A stretch of DNA of 56,698 nt from Nemertoderma westbladi (GCA_032718475.1 JAUCBJ010008008.1:1-56698), one strand, 5' to 3'. Counted from the first letter of the stretch, positions 1 through 13,057 are shown. Translations and numbers: made by a program. The notes: generated by a model not told the origin, from the sequence alone.

Positions 1-74
1 CTAGCCATGCATCGTGAGGTTAGGCTATGCGAAGTTGAATATTTTGTTATCTGAAAAATTGCAAAATTAAATTT

Positions 75-330
75 AGTTACTGGTGAAAAATAGTAGAAGT
101 TACCTGATGCTAAGTGTAGACACTCGAACACCTGTAAAATAAAGGTTAGTGAATATAAAAATTGCGATTTGAAAAATAGTAGAAGTTACCTGTAGACACC
201 TCTAGCGTCTGTAAAATAAAGGTTGCTGAATATGAAAATACTGGTTGCTGAAAAATAACGATTTGAAAAATAGTAGAAGTTACCTGATGCTAAGTGTAGA
301 CACCCGAACACCTGTAAAATAAAGGCTTAT
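75..330. repeat. Degenerate ~90-bp tandem repeat (3 units)
   Basis: gaaaaatagtagaagttacctg...ctgtaaaataaagg recurs at ~85, ~173 and ~265. Confidence 0.8.
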
Positions 331-563
331 GATTGGATGCAGTACTAGAGTTGGGTGACTAATAACGCCTCTAGCGGAAGATGCGGGAACTTGAGAAGTT
401 GCAGTGGTTACGGATGAAATGCTGACATCTGATTGGTTGAAATAATAACGACCACTGGTAAAGGTTGAAATGGTGGCTTCTGATTGGCTGCAGTACTAGA
501 AAATGGATGGTAATGATGGTAATGATGGGCTACGGGTGACCATGACGCAGTGTACAAGTATAT

Positions 564-784
564 CCGGAAGACAACGCCTGATAGAATGTTGCTGAGTTCA
601 ACATTAGGTATCGACCAAAAAACAAACCAGATACTGATAATTATGATCCAAGCAAGGAATTAAAATCTATATTGAAAATATGACGCTCTTCCTTGCTTGG
701 ATCATAATTATCAGTATCGAGTTTGTTTTTAGGTCGATACCCAATGCTGGAATCAGTATCATTTTATGTGGCGTCGTTTTCCGA
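564..784. repeat. Long inverted repeat / hairpin (MITE-like)
   Basis: Perfect 30-bp arms at 630-659 and 689-718 (gatactgataattatgatccaagcaaggaa); pairing extends with mismatches to ~95 bp per arm; 29-nt loop. Confidence 0.85.
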
Positions 785-1429
785 CCAACGAATATACAAC
801 GAGTAAGATAATGTAGAAATTATTAAGGAGATAACACAATGTCAGAGTGAGAACAAAAAAAAAAATTAGATATGGTATCAATATATTACCATGAAGATTA
901 CTAGAAGTGATGAATTTTATTAAAAACATTCACTTATATATATATAAATTTGTGATGTGGCATAGTCAACGAAGAAGAGATGGTACGTGTCATAATCATC
1001 GACGAATAAGAAAAGAGATGGAGTGCAACGTGGATGAATGGTTGTCTGAATAGGAAATACGTGAAAGAATATGAATCATAGGGTTGTGTGTATAATAATC
1101 AATAATTATTATAATAAAAACGTGCAGTATATAATGTTAGTGGTGGTAGCCTTTCAATATGACACAGATGCTGCGGGATTGGTTAGGTTGAGTAACTACT
1201 ATGCAAATGTTGTTTGTATACGTGTAGCCGGGACGTGGATTGGTGACAGCCGTGGTGGAGTTGGCAATCAATATAATATCTGATGTAGTTGGTGGCCACG
1301 TTGTCGGTATATACAGTATACAGTGGTTGGTTGGTTGGTTGCGTGAATAGGAAATAACTATGGAAATGTTCGTATACGTGTAGCTGGAAACGTGGAGGAT
1401 TGGTAGGTTGCTCGGTTGAATGGATTGGT

Positions 1430-1795
1430 GACAGCCGTGGTAGAGTTGGTAATCGATTCGATATAATAGGGTAGTGTGGGGCTAGCCACGCGATGAGAGG
1501 TTTGGGTACGCGAAGATGAATATGCTATGGTTGGTTGATGCAACGACACGAACCAATACTCGCGGGTGGTAACAGCTGTAGGAGTAAGGAGGGCATCGTG
1601 AGGTTAGGCTACGCGTAGGTGATAGGCAGCGATTGGCTGAAGGCAACGACGCGAATCAATATTGATGGTGACAGATGGTCATTAAACACCTCGATTTAGC
1701 ACCGGAATTTGGCATTTTTTAATTGCCTCCGAGATGTGGCCCGTAGCCCAGGCTAGGGAGGAGTTATTGGAGGGCTATGCTTCTCCTACTACTAC
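1430..1795 (+). mobile_element. Unclassified dispersed repeat ending in (CTA)n; an inverted copy lies at 56167-56520
   Basis: Reverse-complement similarity to 56167-56520; both copies end at ...agggctatgcttctcctactact. Confidence 0.7.
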
Positions 1796-1849
1796 TGCCA
1801 GAGATGCGGCTGAAGGTGGAGAAAAAGGTTTGCTTTTGCTCACAGGTGA

Positions 1850-3522
1850 TTAATTGTATTGCACTGAAGGCTTTTCCTCGCAAATAATTAATGGCTTAAC
1901 CGTGTTTGCAAAGATTTCCTCGGCATCAATGTACTCTTTGATGTGCTGCAGCAACCATTCTAAATCATCTACCGCGCCCTTGTTTCTCCTAATAATTTGT
2001 AGTGCAGTTGCCTTTGGTAGTTCAGCAATCACATCGGTAATTACTACTCTTTGATATTTTACACTCATTGTCAATGCCCGAGAATGTGTCCTGCCATGGT
2101 CATATATTTCTCTTATGGTCCTTTTACTATGAAACGTAATTGTTCGATGTGTGCTGCAATTATTTGCGTTTTGTTGCCAAATCGCTCTTCCAGCAATCTC
2201 AATACCACTGTGTAATTTAGTCCATTAACTGACAACCCACCGATCGCTTTAAGAGCATCTCCCTTCAAGTTTTGCTGTAAGTATTGAAATTTATTGACAT
2301 CTGGCACTTGGGCATCGTCTACGCTGTTCAAGAACGCATCATGCCATCCTGAATATTCTAAGGTTTCCGTCAAAACACGGTGGTTTAAGTTTTGGTAATA
2401 TTAGCAAGCATTTTACTTTCAGTTTGAGACTGTATCATAGTTAAATGGGTTGAATCGAAATTTGGTACATTCATTGTATGATCAGTTATGTTTTGTGGGG
2501 GTATTAAATTTTGACTGTGTTCGACTTCAATTAATTCTCGTAACTGAGAAATTCCATTGTCAATTTTTACTTGATACTCATCTGATGATTGTAAATCGTC
2601 TTTCAGTTCTGTGTCCGTGAACAACGCTCCTAGGTCGCAATCCATTGTGAGATTCCGATCACGCAAGTTGACGAGTTTATCGATCGTTGTTTGTCGTTTG
2701 CTTAGGGTATCCTGTTCCGCAATCAAATGCACAGTTCTTGAGATATGACAGCGAATCACCTTTCGTCTTCCTTTCAACAACGTTATTTGGGTTGACTCGG
2801 TCGTCCATGTTCATCTGTTGTGAATCGCCAGACATTGATGACCTATAAAATTTACGGACGCAGCAGAAACGTTGTTTGGACTTGGACCACCGGTAAATTC
2901 TAAGCTACCAGTGTTGAATTAACTAAACAGCTAGTTTAATATAGACGTGTTGTTTGGAGATTATTGTATAACTTCCGATTTTCTTTCCAAGATTGTGTAA
3001 CTGTTTTAAACTTCATTATTGACTTACCATTAATATTTTCTTCATTGTTTTGAAGGCTTCCTTGCGATTTTTATCGGGCGCCATGTCATGAAGGAATCAT
3101 GCAATTTGTGTTGTTGTCTCCAATAATCACCATATATTACGTATAATATAATAAATAATCCTAAATATCCTAAAATACAAATATAACTTTCTGCACAAAT
3201 TACTCACAGTGACTCACAACCGTGAGTCTGTGCCAATATTGAAGACTTATCCGGCTCACAATTCCGGGTTTTCTCAAACTAAAATTTCTACATATCATTA
3301 AGCTGAATAGCACTGCTGATATACTGTATTTATCGCCTGACTTTGTGTTACATCAAATTGTACTGTATCTCATAAATTATTGTACTGAACACCGGAATTG
3401 TTTGCTTTTAACTAATTATTGAAACAATAAAGACGATAAATATATTACATAAATTGCACATACATAATAAAAACGGATATTGCCAATGAAGCCTACTCAA
3501 ATTCCGATTACAATTTATGACA
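1850..3522 (-). mobile_element. Decayed Bel/Pao LTR retrotransposon 5' part: LTR 3084-3522, PBS 3071-3083, frameshifted gag
   Basis: LTR bounded by TGTCATGA...TTATGACA; TGGCGCCCGATAA follows the LTR CA immediately on the - strand; DUF1759-like gag peptide (W.DAF.NSVD...NKFQYLQQNLKGDALKAIGGL...NY...L.LLEERFGNK) split over ORFs 1850-2074, 2113-2373 and 2385-2780. Confidence 0.8.
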
Positions 3523-3559
3523 ACATATATATTAAGTTACAACATATAATTATATTATA

Positions 3560-4230
3560 ATGCTGTGTCGGCTTGTCAACAAAATTGCGCCGCCACAACT
3601 CCCTATCTCCCATGACATTTGCTAGATCATCCCCATCTTCAAGACCAGTGTTCATTAAGAGGCGTCTCAAGAAAGTGATGGGCTGTTCACCATGCTTATT
3701 CACTCCATGAGGTCGCCAAAGCACAATATTATGCACTGACTGGTCCTTACAGCGAAAGCAATATCCTGCAATGCGGAGGCGGTTCCGTTCAAGTGTCAAA
3801 CTGGGGGGTGATAGGTGATGTGTTCATTACTTGACACAATGAACCCGGCACAGCATTCTTGTGAAAGTGCCATCCAGTGATTTGGTATCCTCTGCAGTTA
3901 GAGCCCAGCATGGCTGGATAAGAGTACTGGTACTCCCATAAATAATCGAATCTTGAGGGTACGTTTTATTATATGGGAATTACAAATCCTGGACAGACTA
4001 TTCAATGCTGCCCATACGTATCCGAAGGGAATACTTTTATTGTGAAGACGTATCTGACTTTCGTATCCATGATCCCGAGTAGCAGAAGTCATCCACGTGC
4101 TCAAGCAAGCTATCCTTAGGGCTTATGCCCTTACGATCATACATTTATTGAGGGCTGTTAAGGTTCACTGTTATTATGTTGATCTTTTTGGAGTTTACAA
4201 AAAGTCCAACATGTTCGTGGGGCCTTCGCG
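3560..4230 (-). mobile_element. RTE-clade LINE 3' fragment, decayed
   Basis: Peptides RLRIAGYCFR...DRELWR and WAALNSLSRI...KIRLF match the ORF at 35333-36388. Confidence 0.85.
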
Positions 4231-5974
4231 CAGCACGAGGCTCAGTTATGAGATACAGATTAATATTGAGCGATTCCACTGTATCACAATCTCTGTATTT
4301 AAGAAATTTAAACAACCACCAATAAAGCAAATAGAGGGGGGATAAAGCCCCCCCCCCCCCCCCTCCCCCTTCAACCTCCTCCCTCTTAATCTGCCCCACC
4401 CCAACCCAAAGGCGCACCGAGGATTGATGAAAAGCAGGTATTAACAGGGAATTGGTGTTTTAAAAGTAATATGTTCATAAATTTATTATTAATATAACAC
4501 AAAATACAACTGGAAGCGATTCACATATACAAACAGCACAAATTTCTAGCAAAAATAATTAAAGATCGCATATTATTTATTTACTTAACCAACAAAGAAA
4601 TCAATAAACTCATGTTATTGGTAACATGTTAAACTCATAAAGTAATATATTAAATATTTTAGGCGTGGAGGCGACCTAATTTGTAAGACATATAAAACTT
4701 ACCTTATGCCGATAGTATTGATATTGAGATATTAATAATTTATCACGTCAACAACTCAACGAAATTGTCAACGAAAGAATCATGATTAAGTACTCGGCCA
4801 ATCATTTTGTAAGCTAAACACATTAACCAAGCTGGCTTATTAGTCTGATTCATTACAATGCTGCCGTTGAGGAGTAGAGGTGAGGTGTGGTTGGACTGGT
4901 TCCCCCTTCCACGCTAGACTGGGCATGCATCATGCCAAGGAAACAGGGAGCTACAGCTGGAGACGGGGCATTTTAATAAGTTAATTACGTTTAGAATAAT
5001 TAAAAACACATTTTTTAAAGCAAATCTCTTGAACTAATTAAAAACTATAATGGAAAGGGGTATGGGGAATGCAGGAATATAATTTGTAAGTATTATGATT
5101 TAAATCTTATACTAGAAAATAATTAATATCCTTAAGAGGCAGGTTGAAAATGCTGTTTTTACCCTAATCAACTTAATTAACTAATTAAATGCTATTATCT
5201 TAGCTTATCGAAGGCCACACGGAAATTCTACATGGAAAATTTCTAATCTTTTGCCAAACTACATGTGTACCAAGTTTGGATAGATTTCATTAACATTTGG
5301 CTGAGTTATTAACGTTTAAAATTGAACACAACAGAACGACAGACACACCGATTGAGTTAGTGGTACCTGTATGCTAAGCTCGCTTACTTTCGTGGCTCGC
5401 CCCACACCGTTTCAGTTTCCCTGAGCTTACAGTAGTTTCCAACTGTACAGACAATATACTGTACCAGTACAGTGTACACCATATCCCAGAATTGTGCAGT
5501 AGTGTTGTAATTTAGGTACACGCCCCACCATCTCATCCCATGATACGGGTGGATACAGGTGGTACTGCATCGTAAAGCTCGGCGCTTGTCATGTGTCGTC
5601 TCCAGCGGATGCTTAGTGCTTCCCTAAGTAGTCTTGTGTAACTAGACCTTATATATTTAAGGCAGTGATTTTTTATGTCAATTTATTTGACTTTTTTTGT
5701 CACTTTTTTTTACGAATTATGCATAATGACTTTTGTTGTCCATTTAATGACTTTTATTGTCACTTTTTATGTATGTATTTCTTCAAACTGTCAGACTGCT
5801 GATTTCTGGACTGTCAGACAGTTGATTTCACTATGCCTGTGCCAAAACATTCCATGATTCCATGATTTATAGACTATGAGATAGATTTCCATATGCGCCT
5901 GTGGTAAAAAGACTCTATATTTAATAGTTTGTGGTTGTTGTCGATAATCGATTACCACATGACGTAGCAAAAAA

Positions 5975-6645
5975 CTCATTTTATAGCCAAAAACAATTAC
6001 CAATTGATGGAAAGGAGCAGGTTAAGGCCGAGTTTTCTAACCAAAACAATAAACAGTCACTTTACCAAATCAGGGAAAGGAGCAGGTTACAGAGACGGGA
6101 TTTTCTAACCAAAACAATAAACGATCATTTAACTAATTGAGGGAAAGGAGCAGGTTACAGAGACGGGATTTTCTAACCAAAACAATAAACGATAACATTA
6201 CCAATTGAGAGAAAGGAGCAGGTTACAGAGGCGGGATTTTCTAACCAAAACAATAAACGATAACATTACCAATTGAGGGAAAGGAGCAGGTTACAGAGGA
6301 GGGATTTTCTAACCAAAACAATAAACGATAACATTACCAATTGAGGGAAAGGAGCAGGTTACAGAGGCGGGATTTCCTAACCAAAACAATAAACGATCAC
6401 TTAAACTAATTGAGGGAAAGGAGCAGGTTACAGAGGCGGGATTTTCTAACCAAAACAATAAACAGTCACTTTACCAAATCAGGGAAAGGAGCAGGTTACA
6501 GAGACGGGATTTTCTAACCAAAACAATAAACGATCATTTAACTAATTGAGGGAAAGGAGCAGGTTACAGAGACGGGATTTTCTAACCAAAACAATAAACG
6601 ATCATTTAACTAATTGAGGGAAAGGGGCAGGTTACAGAGGCGGGC
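5975..6645. repeat. 68-bp minisatellite, ~10 copies
   Basis: Unit gagggaaaggagcaggttacagagacgggattttctaaccaaaacaataaacgatcatttaactaatt. Confidence 0.95.
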
Positions 6646-7164
6646 CTTCTGTGCTGTTGGAAGTAGTGGAGCCGCTATCCGTAACACTACTCAGACAGTA
6701 GTCATGATCCATTATTGATTATAAAACTAATACAGTAAGGCCTAAATTATGTGAAAGGTATATCCACATTTTCCACAATCATGCAATCCAGTTTCGCCTA
6801 TCAATTATTTAAAATTTATTAGCACAACCGGTAGGCCTACCATTACCGTATTTAAATGGTAGGCTACACAGTAGGCCTATAGCAGTACCGGTGCCGGTAC
6901 CGGTACTAAAATACAGAAATACCTGCTTTATACCTACATCTGTACATACAATACAGCAAAATAGTGCTATATATATACTAACCGGTACTGATAGCCTGAG
7001 AGAACAGCAGTAGAGAAACCGGTAGCATGGAACCTAACATTAGACTTTTGGATGACATAAAAAATAAAAAAAAATTGACAAAAAAAGGATAAAAATGGAC
7101 AATAAAAATTATTGCGTATATTTACAAATAAAAACAATGTTCCACATTTATAAAATAGAAAGTA

Positions 7165-7320
7165 GGTTATGTAGCTCAGTTGGTTGAGCGCCGGCCTGCC
7201 CTGCAAGGTTCGAGCCCTGCCAGGTTCCACACACCATGACGTCGATAAAATGAGAACAAGTTGAATTAGTGGGATTGAAAGAGGAACCTTGGGTCGCCAG
7301 ACGCTTCAACAAACTCATAC
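7165..7320 (+). mobile_element. tRNA-derived SINE head / tRNA pseudogene
   Basis: Pol III A box tagctcagttgg (7172-7183) and B box gttcgagcc (7208-7216); no proper acceptor or anticodon stem; the 3' boundary is approximate. Confidence 0.55.
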
Positions 7321-7974
7321 TACTTTCTCTCGGTTATTCCGAATAGAAATTCATATTTTCATACATATTTTGAACCGATCCTGCAACTGCAACATACCTT
7401 TCCAAATATACCAACGAACCAATTTACAGTAAGTTTGAATAATAACTGCATAGCTAATGGTACAGTATATGGTGCAATCGAAGCCAAGGATACATTTTTT
7501 AATACTTGGACCAAAAGCTAAAAATTGTATGCAAAAATAAAAATGCTGAGACAATCTAGCAAAAAGCTTCGCTCTTTTTCAAATTTCTTGAATTTATTGT
7601 AATTTGTATAAAAATTTGGATATGAATCGGCACTGAATTATGACCCTAGGCCTACATTATATAAGGCACGTTGTTTGAAATTCCATAAGTTTGCCCCTCC
7701 CCAAGAAAAATCCTGGCGGCGCCCCTGTTAGTTGATGGGTCTAGTCCTGGACTGGTATTACTTCAGTTATTCCCGTCCTTCAATGATTACGAGTAATTAC
7801 TATCCCTAACCTAATCATGGTGGAGTGTTTCCGCTATTGCTTCTGTGCTTGAAACTCGTTCAGACCAGTCCGGGATGCTCAGATATTGTTGTTGCTGTCT
7901 TGCTGCCTGCGCTGCTGACAGTAAAGGTAACAATATTATTTAGAACTCATTTGTTTACTTTTTATTTATATAAG

Positions 7975-8848
7975 GAAATACGAAATCCCGGTTGACGTTG
8001 TAAAGAGGGGGGAACTGTTACACGAGGTCGTCGATTTGGTTGATGTCAATGGGCAAAGCGTTACAGATGCCACCCTTGAGTTCAGCCTACAGTTTATCCC
8101 ATCGTCAGCTCTGGGTCGCGATTTTGAGGTACCCAATCTCTACTTCCCATTACGTCATGGTTGTCGGGTGACAATGTTCCAAGATGTTTGCAATAAGAAA
8201 GGATATCCGGATACCAGGGCCATCCAGACAGGCAATGGTCCTTATATGGCATTGAGTTTGTGGGATGAGGTAGCCAAGGCATTGCGTAATGCAAAGCGTG
8301 TAATATGCATAACAGGATGGTCGGTTTATTCCCAACTTCAATTACAAAGGGGTCGGGGTCAACCGCAGGAAACTTTAGGGCATATTCTCAAGGAGAGAGC
8401 CTCGAATGGTGTTAAATGTTACCTGTTGTTGTGGAGTGAGAAAACGAGCTCTTCAATCACGGCTGGATTGATGGACACATGTGATGTAGAAACAAAGGAC
8501 TTCTTCAAAGGCACCACTGTGGAAGTGGTACTAGCAGGTCGATTTAAAGAAGAACGAAGGCCAATTAGTCACTTGTTGAGAAAAATACAGAGCCACATGA
8601 TCTCAACCTGTTACTCGCATCACCAGAAGGCGATTGTTTGCGATACAGATGGTTTGAGTGGGGGTGGTCGAAGACGATTGATCGGTTTTCTTGGTGGTAT
8701 GGATTTGACGAAGGGTCGGTATGATAACCCAAGCCACCCGCTATTTAAAACGCTACAAACAACTCACAGTGGTGATTTCCGTCAGAGATGCGCAGCTGTT
8801 AGCTCGAAATGCGGACCGAGGGAACCCTGGCATGAAGTGCATAGCAAG
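7975..8848 (+). CDS. PLD: Phospholipase D (plant-type C2-PLD-like), first visible exon: end of C2 domain and first HKD motif
   Basis: Acceptor ag 7973-74, donor AAG|gtaggt; IPV...L.D.NG...LEFSLQFIP, VPNLYFPLRHGCRVTMFQD, ITGWSV, HHQKAIVCD (HxKxxxxD), GGMDLTKGRYD, GPREPWHEVHSK. Confidence 0.9.
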
Positions 8849-8894
8849 GTAGGTGAAATTTGTGCGTAATGTGATTTAGTGATTCCATGGTTAA

Positions 8895-9722
8895 CCCTAC
8901 CATCCTATCAGTACCGGGCTATAAAATGTTGTACAAATGCCAGAGGGAAGGGGGTCATATTGACCCCCCCCCCCCCCCCCCTCAGCCCAAGTGTGTAAAC
9001 AATTTTCAAAATAATTGAAATTTATTATTTACAGCGAATCTTTTTTCAATACAGGTTTTCTGGGACGCTGAATCCATTGGAAAATATTTAAAAATGATCT
9101 GATTTCTATAAAATGGCAGTTTTAGTCTTCTACGTAGGCAAAAAATAAAAAAAAAAACTTTTCTCTCTTTTCAGTTTGAAGACAAATTTTTTAATTCACT
9201 TATACAATACAATTCTATGAATTTAAATTTTCAGGACCTTCATAAATCCGTATAACACAAGAAACAAGATGATACCATCTATTGACCAATTTGCTTATTT
9301 TGAAAAATTCGGTGCTGGCACAAAAATTTTCATCCACCGGTGAAGAATAGAACTGTGAAAACTCTTATCCTTTTTACTTATTCAAATGAATTCAGAACCC
9401 TCACAAACCCGTATAACGCAATAAACAAGGTGACACAATCAATTGATATATTTGATGGTTTTCAAAATTTGGTACTAGCACGAAATTTTGAGATTTCTAG
9501 TTAGATAATTATTTATTCCATTGAATTTAGAGCCCTCATAAACCTCTGAATATTGCGAGAAATAAGTTGTCATAATCAATTTAACGATTGAATGGATTTT
9601 CAAAATAAAATTAAAAAATAAATTTCCAGATTCCCAACTGCGTTTGTTTCAGAGTTATAACAAAAAAACCAAGATGGTTCATATTGACCCCCCCCCCCCC
9701 CTCCCACAGGGGTTTAATAAGG
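8895..9722. mobile_element. piggyBac-like non-autonomous element (TTAA-flanked) in PLD intron
   Basis: TTAA|CCCT... and ...AAGG|TTAA ends; subterminal gtcatattgacccccc motif near both ends; TIRs are imperfect. Confidence 0.5.
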
Positions 9723-9859
9723 TTAACATTAAATTTTATCAAGTACTCAGCTGTTACTTGCGTCGAGGAGACGCGTGTAATGGAGACTGTTGAATATTGA
9801 TGCATCAAATGTGAACTCCCCACCACCCCGTCACAACTGCATAGCGCCCATGACTTTGA

Positions 9860-10310
9860 GAGATTTTCCGCATCAACAAAGGCAGTGTTCTTTAAGAGGT
9901 ATCTCAAGAATGTCATGGGCTGCCACCATGCTTATTTTCTTCATGGAGGCTTCCAATAATGCATAGGTAAATATTTTTTCAATGTGAAAAAATATTATTG
10001 AAAAAATTGCTTTGTTCAAGTTGATACTTGAACAAAGCAAATTTTGGGGGAACCAATGAGACACCTCCAATGTTATATAGTGTCTGTTTGGTGATGTGTG
10101 CAATGTACTTCACACAGTGAACCCGACGTAGCATTCTTGTGAATGTGCCATCCAGACATTTGGTATCCTCAGCAGTTAGAGCCCAGCATGGACTCCCGTA
10201 GAGGAGTACTGGAACTACTGCTGCTCTAAATAATCAGACCTTTAGTTTCCGACGTATTCTGTATGATTTCCAAATCCTGGAAAGTCCAATCAATGCTGCC
10301 ATTCCCTTAT
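9860..10310 (-). mobile_element. RTE LINE fragment, decayed
   Basis: Reverse-complement similarity to 35880-36300. Confidence 0.75.
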
Positions 10311-10459
10311 CCTTAATCCAAAATCCAAATTTAATGCTGAAATTCCTGAAAAAAGTATTGAACAGTGAACCAAAATAGAAAGTATTGAACGGTAAGCTTA
10401 ACTTCAGTAATACACATTTACCGTATATAATAATTGTGTTTCATAAAATCATATGACAG

Positions 10460-10626
10460 ATAGAGGGGCGAATTGTACATGATCTTTTACTCAACTTCAA
10501 AGAGCGTTTGAAAAAACAAGGCAAGAGAAAAGCCACATATCTAGAAGAGTTATCATCGGATAACTTTGAGGTTGATTGTGTTGTAGATGATAACCCATCC
10601 AATATGTGGAATGTTCAATTGTTCAG
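10460..10626 (+). CDS. PLD: Phospholipase D exon (not in the supplied ORF track)
   Basis: cag|ATA GAG GGG... translates IEGRIVHDLLLNFKERLKKQG...WNVQLFR; donor AG|gttaga; phases match both neighbouring exons. Confidence 0.9.
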
Positions 10627-10883
10627 GTTAGAAATAAATATAAAGTATACTACAGAAAAAAACTAATTTGACAACGGTACTTTATTAGAAGTTGATTGCA
10701 GGCATAATATTGAAAGTTGTATTCAACCTTTTACAACACATTTTTACCATATATATATCTTGGTTAACGACCTAGTTTTAGGTTAGCACGTCTCATTACG
10801 ATTCTAATTGATTTTGACACATATCATACAACAACGCTAGCCCTATAGAGCGTTCAGGTGCTAACAATATTCAATTCCCCAAG

Positions 10884-11129
10884 GTCAATCAACAGCGATT
10901 CGGCTTATTTTAAAGAAAACTTAACATACGGACTTACTAAAAAATTGGGAAAGGACACAGATGAGTCCATTTATAAGGCCTATATCCACCACATACGACG
11001 GGCCAACAAGTTTATCTACATTGAGAATCAATACTTTGTCGGGAGTGCACACGTTTGGGAAAAACGGGGAACAAAGGCTATACATTTGATTCCTTTGGAA
11101 ATAGTGAACAAAATTATTAGAAAGATCAA
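10884..11129 (+). CDS. PLD: Phospholipase D exon
   Basis: RSINSDSA...[27 protein letters not shown]...[10 protein letters not shown]; donor AA|gtaagt. Confidence 0.92.
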
Positions 11130-11379
11130 GTAAGTAATTGTATCCTTCATAAAGAGTTCAGTTATGGAATTGTGTATTTTTATTGGTTATATATATGAGC
11201 CACATTGAAACAATACATGAGGACAGGCATTATTATTGGCTCCCTGTTGTAGGACTACATAGAGGAACTGCTTAATGATGACGCAGTGCTACCAAACACA
11301 TCATATCACACATCATGAGTCATACACAGTGCTCTCTAACATATAGTAGTTACACCCCGTAGCCTTGAAGAATTACACT

Positions 11380-11730
11380 TACAGTAAGAAAGTTGCTAAT
11401 ATCGGCAGGCTGCATTGAGGCTGTGCCCGCATCTTCACGGCCAGTTTACTTTCAAAAGCGTCTTAAGGAAGTTATACGTTGTCCTGTCCAATTTATTTCA
11501 ATTCCAACTTATTTACTCCATGTGACGGCCAAAGCACAAGATTGTGCATTGGCTGTTTCGCATGGTGATGGCGAAAGCAATGTCCTACAAAGCGGGGGCA
11601 GATCCATTCAAGTATCAAGCTTGGGGGGGGGACTAATGAGACACTACAAATGTTGTATCGTATAGTGTCTGATCGGAGTGATGCTCATTGTACTTAATAC
11701 AATGAACCTAGTGTAGCATTTTTTAAGAAG
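11380..11730 (-). mobile_element. RTE LINE fragment, decayed
   Basis: The + strand ORF 11393-11665 matches the antisense frame of the RTE copy (36072-36323 -). Confidence 0.75.
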
Positions 11731-11900
11731 ATACTCCATGAGAACTGACACTAAATCGACTCATTCCAGTTCACAAGAAAGTTAACCTCTCATATGTTGG
11801 TTTATATTGTGGGCTTAGTCCGATTTTAATAGAAATGACAGTATATATATATATATAGTAGGCATAAAGGTAACATCAATTAATTTCATGTTAATTGCAG

Positions 11901-12104
11901 GGATAACGAAGATTTCACTGTTTACATTGTTATACCCATGTTCCCTGAAGGCGATCCAGCTGGGAATGCAACACAAGAAATCCTCCAATGGCAATGCAGG
12001 ACAATGGGCATGATGTATAAACGATTGGCAGAATTTTTGAGGAATTTAGATAGACCACATAGGGAGCTAACCGAATATCTACGTTTCTTCTGTCTAGCAA
12101 ACAG
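11901..12104 (+). CDS. PLD: Phospholipase D exon
   Basis: cag|G GAT...FTVYIVIPMFPEGDP...QEILQWQCRTMGMMY...YLRFFCLANR; donor AG|gtataa. Confidence 0.92.
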
Positions 12105-12411
12105 GTATAAAATATATTTTCTTTCCATGCAAATATTTTAGTAGATGATTTATTTATTTTTAACGGTGAATATTGGCCCATTCTCATGTTAGATATTATA
12201 GATATTTACATTAATTTAATCACAATTAACAAGTAATGTATGAACAATATTAACCTACCATAATTTCACAAGCTAAATTCGAGCCAATAATGCTTCTGTT
12301 TTTTTTCTGGAAGGGTGTAGTGTTACGGCCAATAATGTGGCGGTGTGGGAAGGGGAGGTATTGCAATAATTGTGTGTGCCTGCTGCCCAGTGCCAATATA
12401 CCAATATTGGT

Positions 12412-13057
12412 GGATAGTTCTAAATTAGGAAAACACTAGTAAAACGGTAAAACACTAGGAAAACATAGCAAAAGTACTGTAAAACACCCGGAAAACAGTG
12501 AAAATATTGATCAGCAGGGAATTTAACACATGTACTTCTCTGAATTGACAATCCTAAATGTACTCCTCGCATAGCTCCCCTTAAGTAATCACCGTAAAAC
12601 ATAGGGAAAACACTATAAAAACACTATAAACCTTCCGGAAAACAGTGAAAAAATTTATGGCAGCATTAAATTTTACCTATTTTACCTGCAACCAAAGAAC
12701 TGTAACCAATCAGCACACGGTGCAGTATCAGGCCTGGCAACAAGCTTTCTGGGCAGTATTAGACCCTGTCAATTTATTTTTTTGCAGCATATAGGTAAAA
12801 TTTAATGCTGATAAATTTTTTCACTGTTTTCCGGAAGGTTTATAGTGTTTTTATAGTGTTTTCCCTATGTTTTACGGTGATTACTTAAGGGGTGCTATGC
12901 GAGGAGTACATTTAGGATTGTCAATTCAGAGAAGTACATGTGTTAAATTCCCTGCTGATCAATATTTTCACTGTTTTGCGGGTGTTTTACAGTACTTTTC
13001 CTATGTTTTCCTAGTGTTTTACTGTTTTACTAGTGTTTTCCTAATTTAGAATCATCC
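12412..13057. mobile_element. Mutator-like foldback MITE
   Basis: ~280-bp near-identical TIRs starting GGAT, with internal aaaacact subrepeats; 9-bp TSD aatattggt (12403-12411 and 13058-13066). Confidence 0.9.

Noticed and set aside
5140-5410. Possible Helentron/DINE-like element end
   Set aside because: Only generic motifs (gtaccaagtttgg, gacagaca, GC-rich end) and no second copy in the window to define boundaries
7165-7232. Functional tRNA gene
   Set aside because: A and B boxes are present but the spacing is short and no acceptor or anticodon stems form; treated as a SINE head or pseudogene
7876-7926. Possible upstream PLD mini-exon (MLRYCCCCL...SKG|gtaac)
   Set aside because: The phase-1 donor is incompatible with the phase-2 acceptor at 7975, and the peptide has no C2-like sequence
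12420-13049. Two near-identical 60-aa ORFs on opposite strands
   Set aside because: Incidental products of the foldback TIRs
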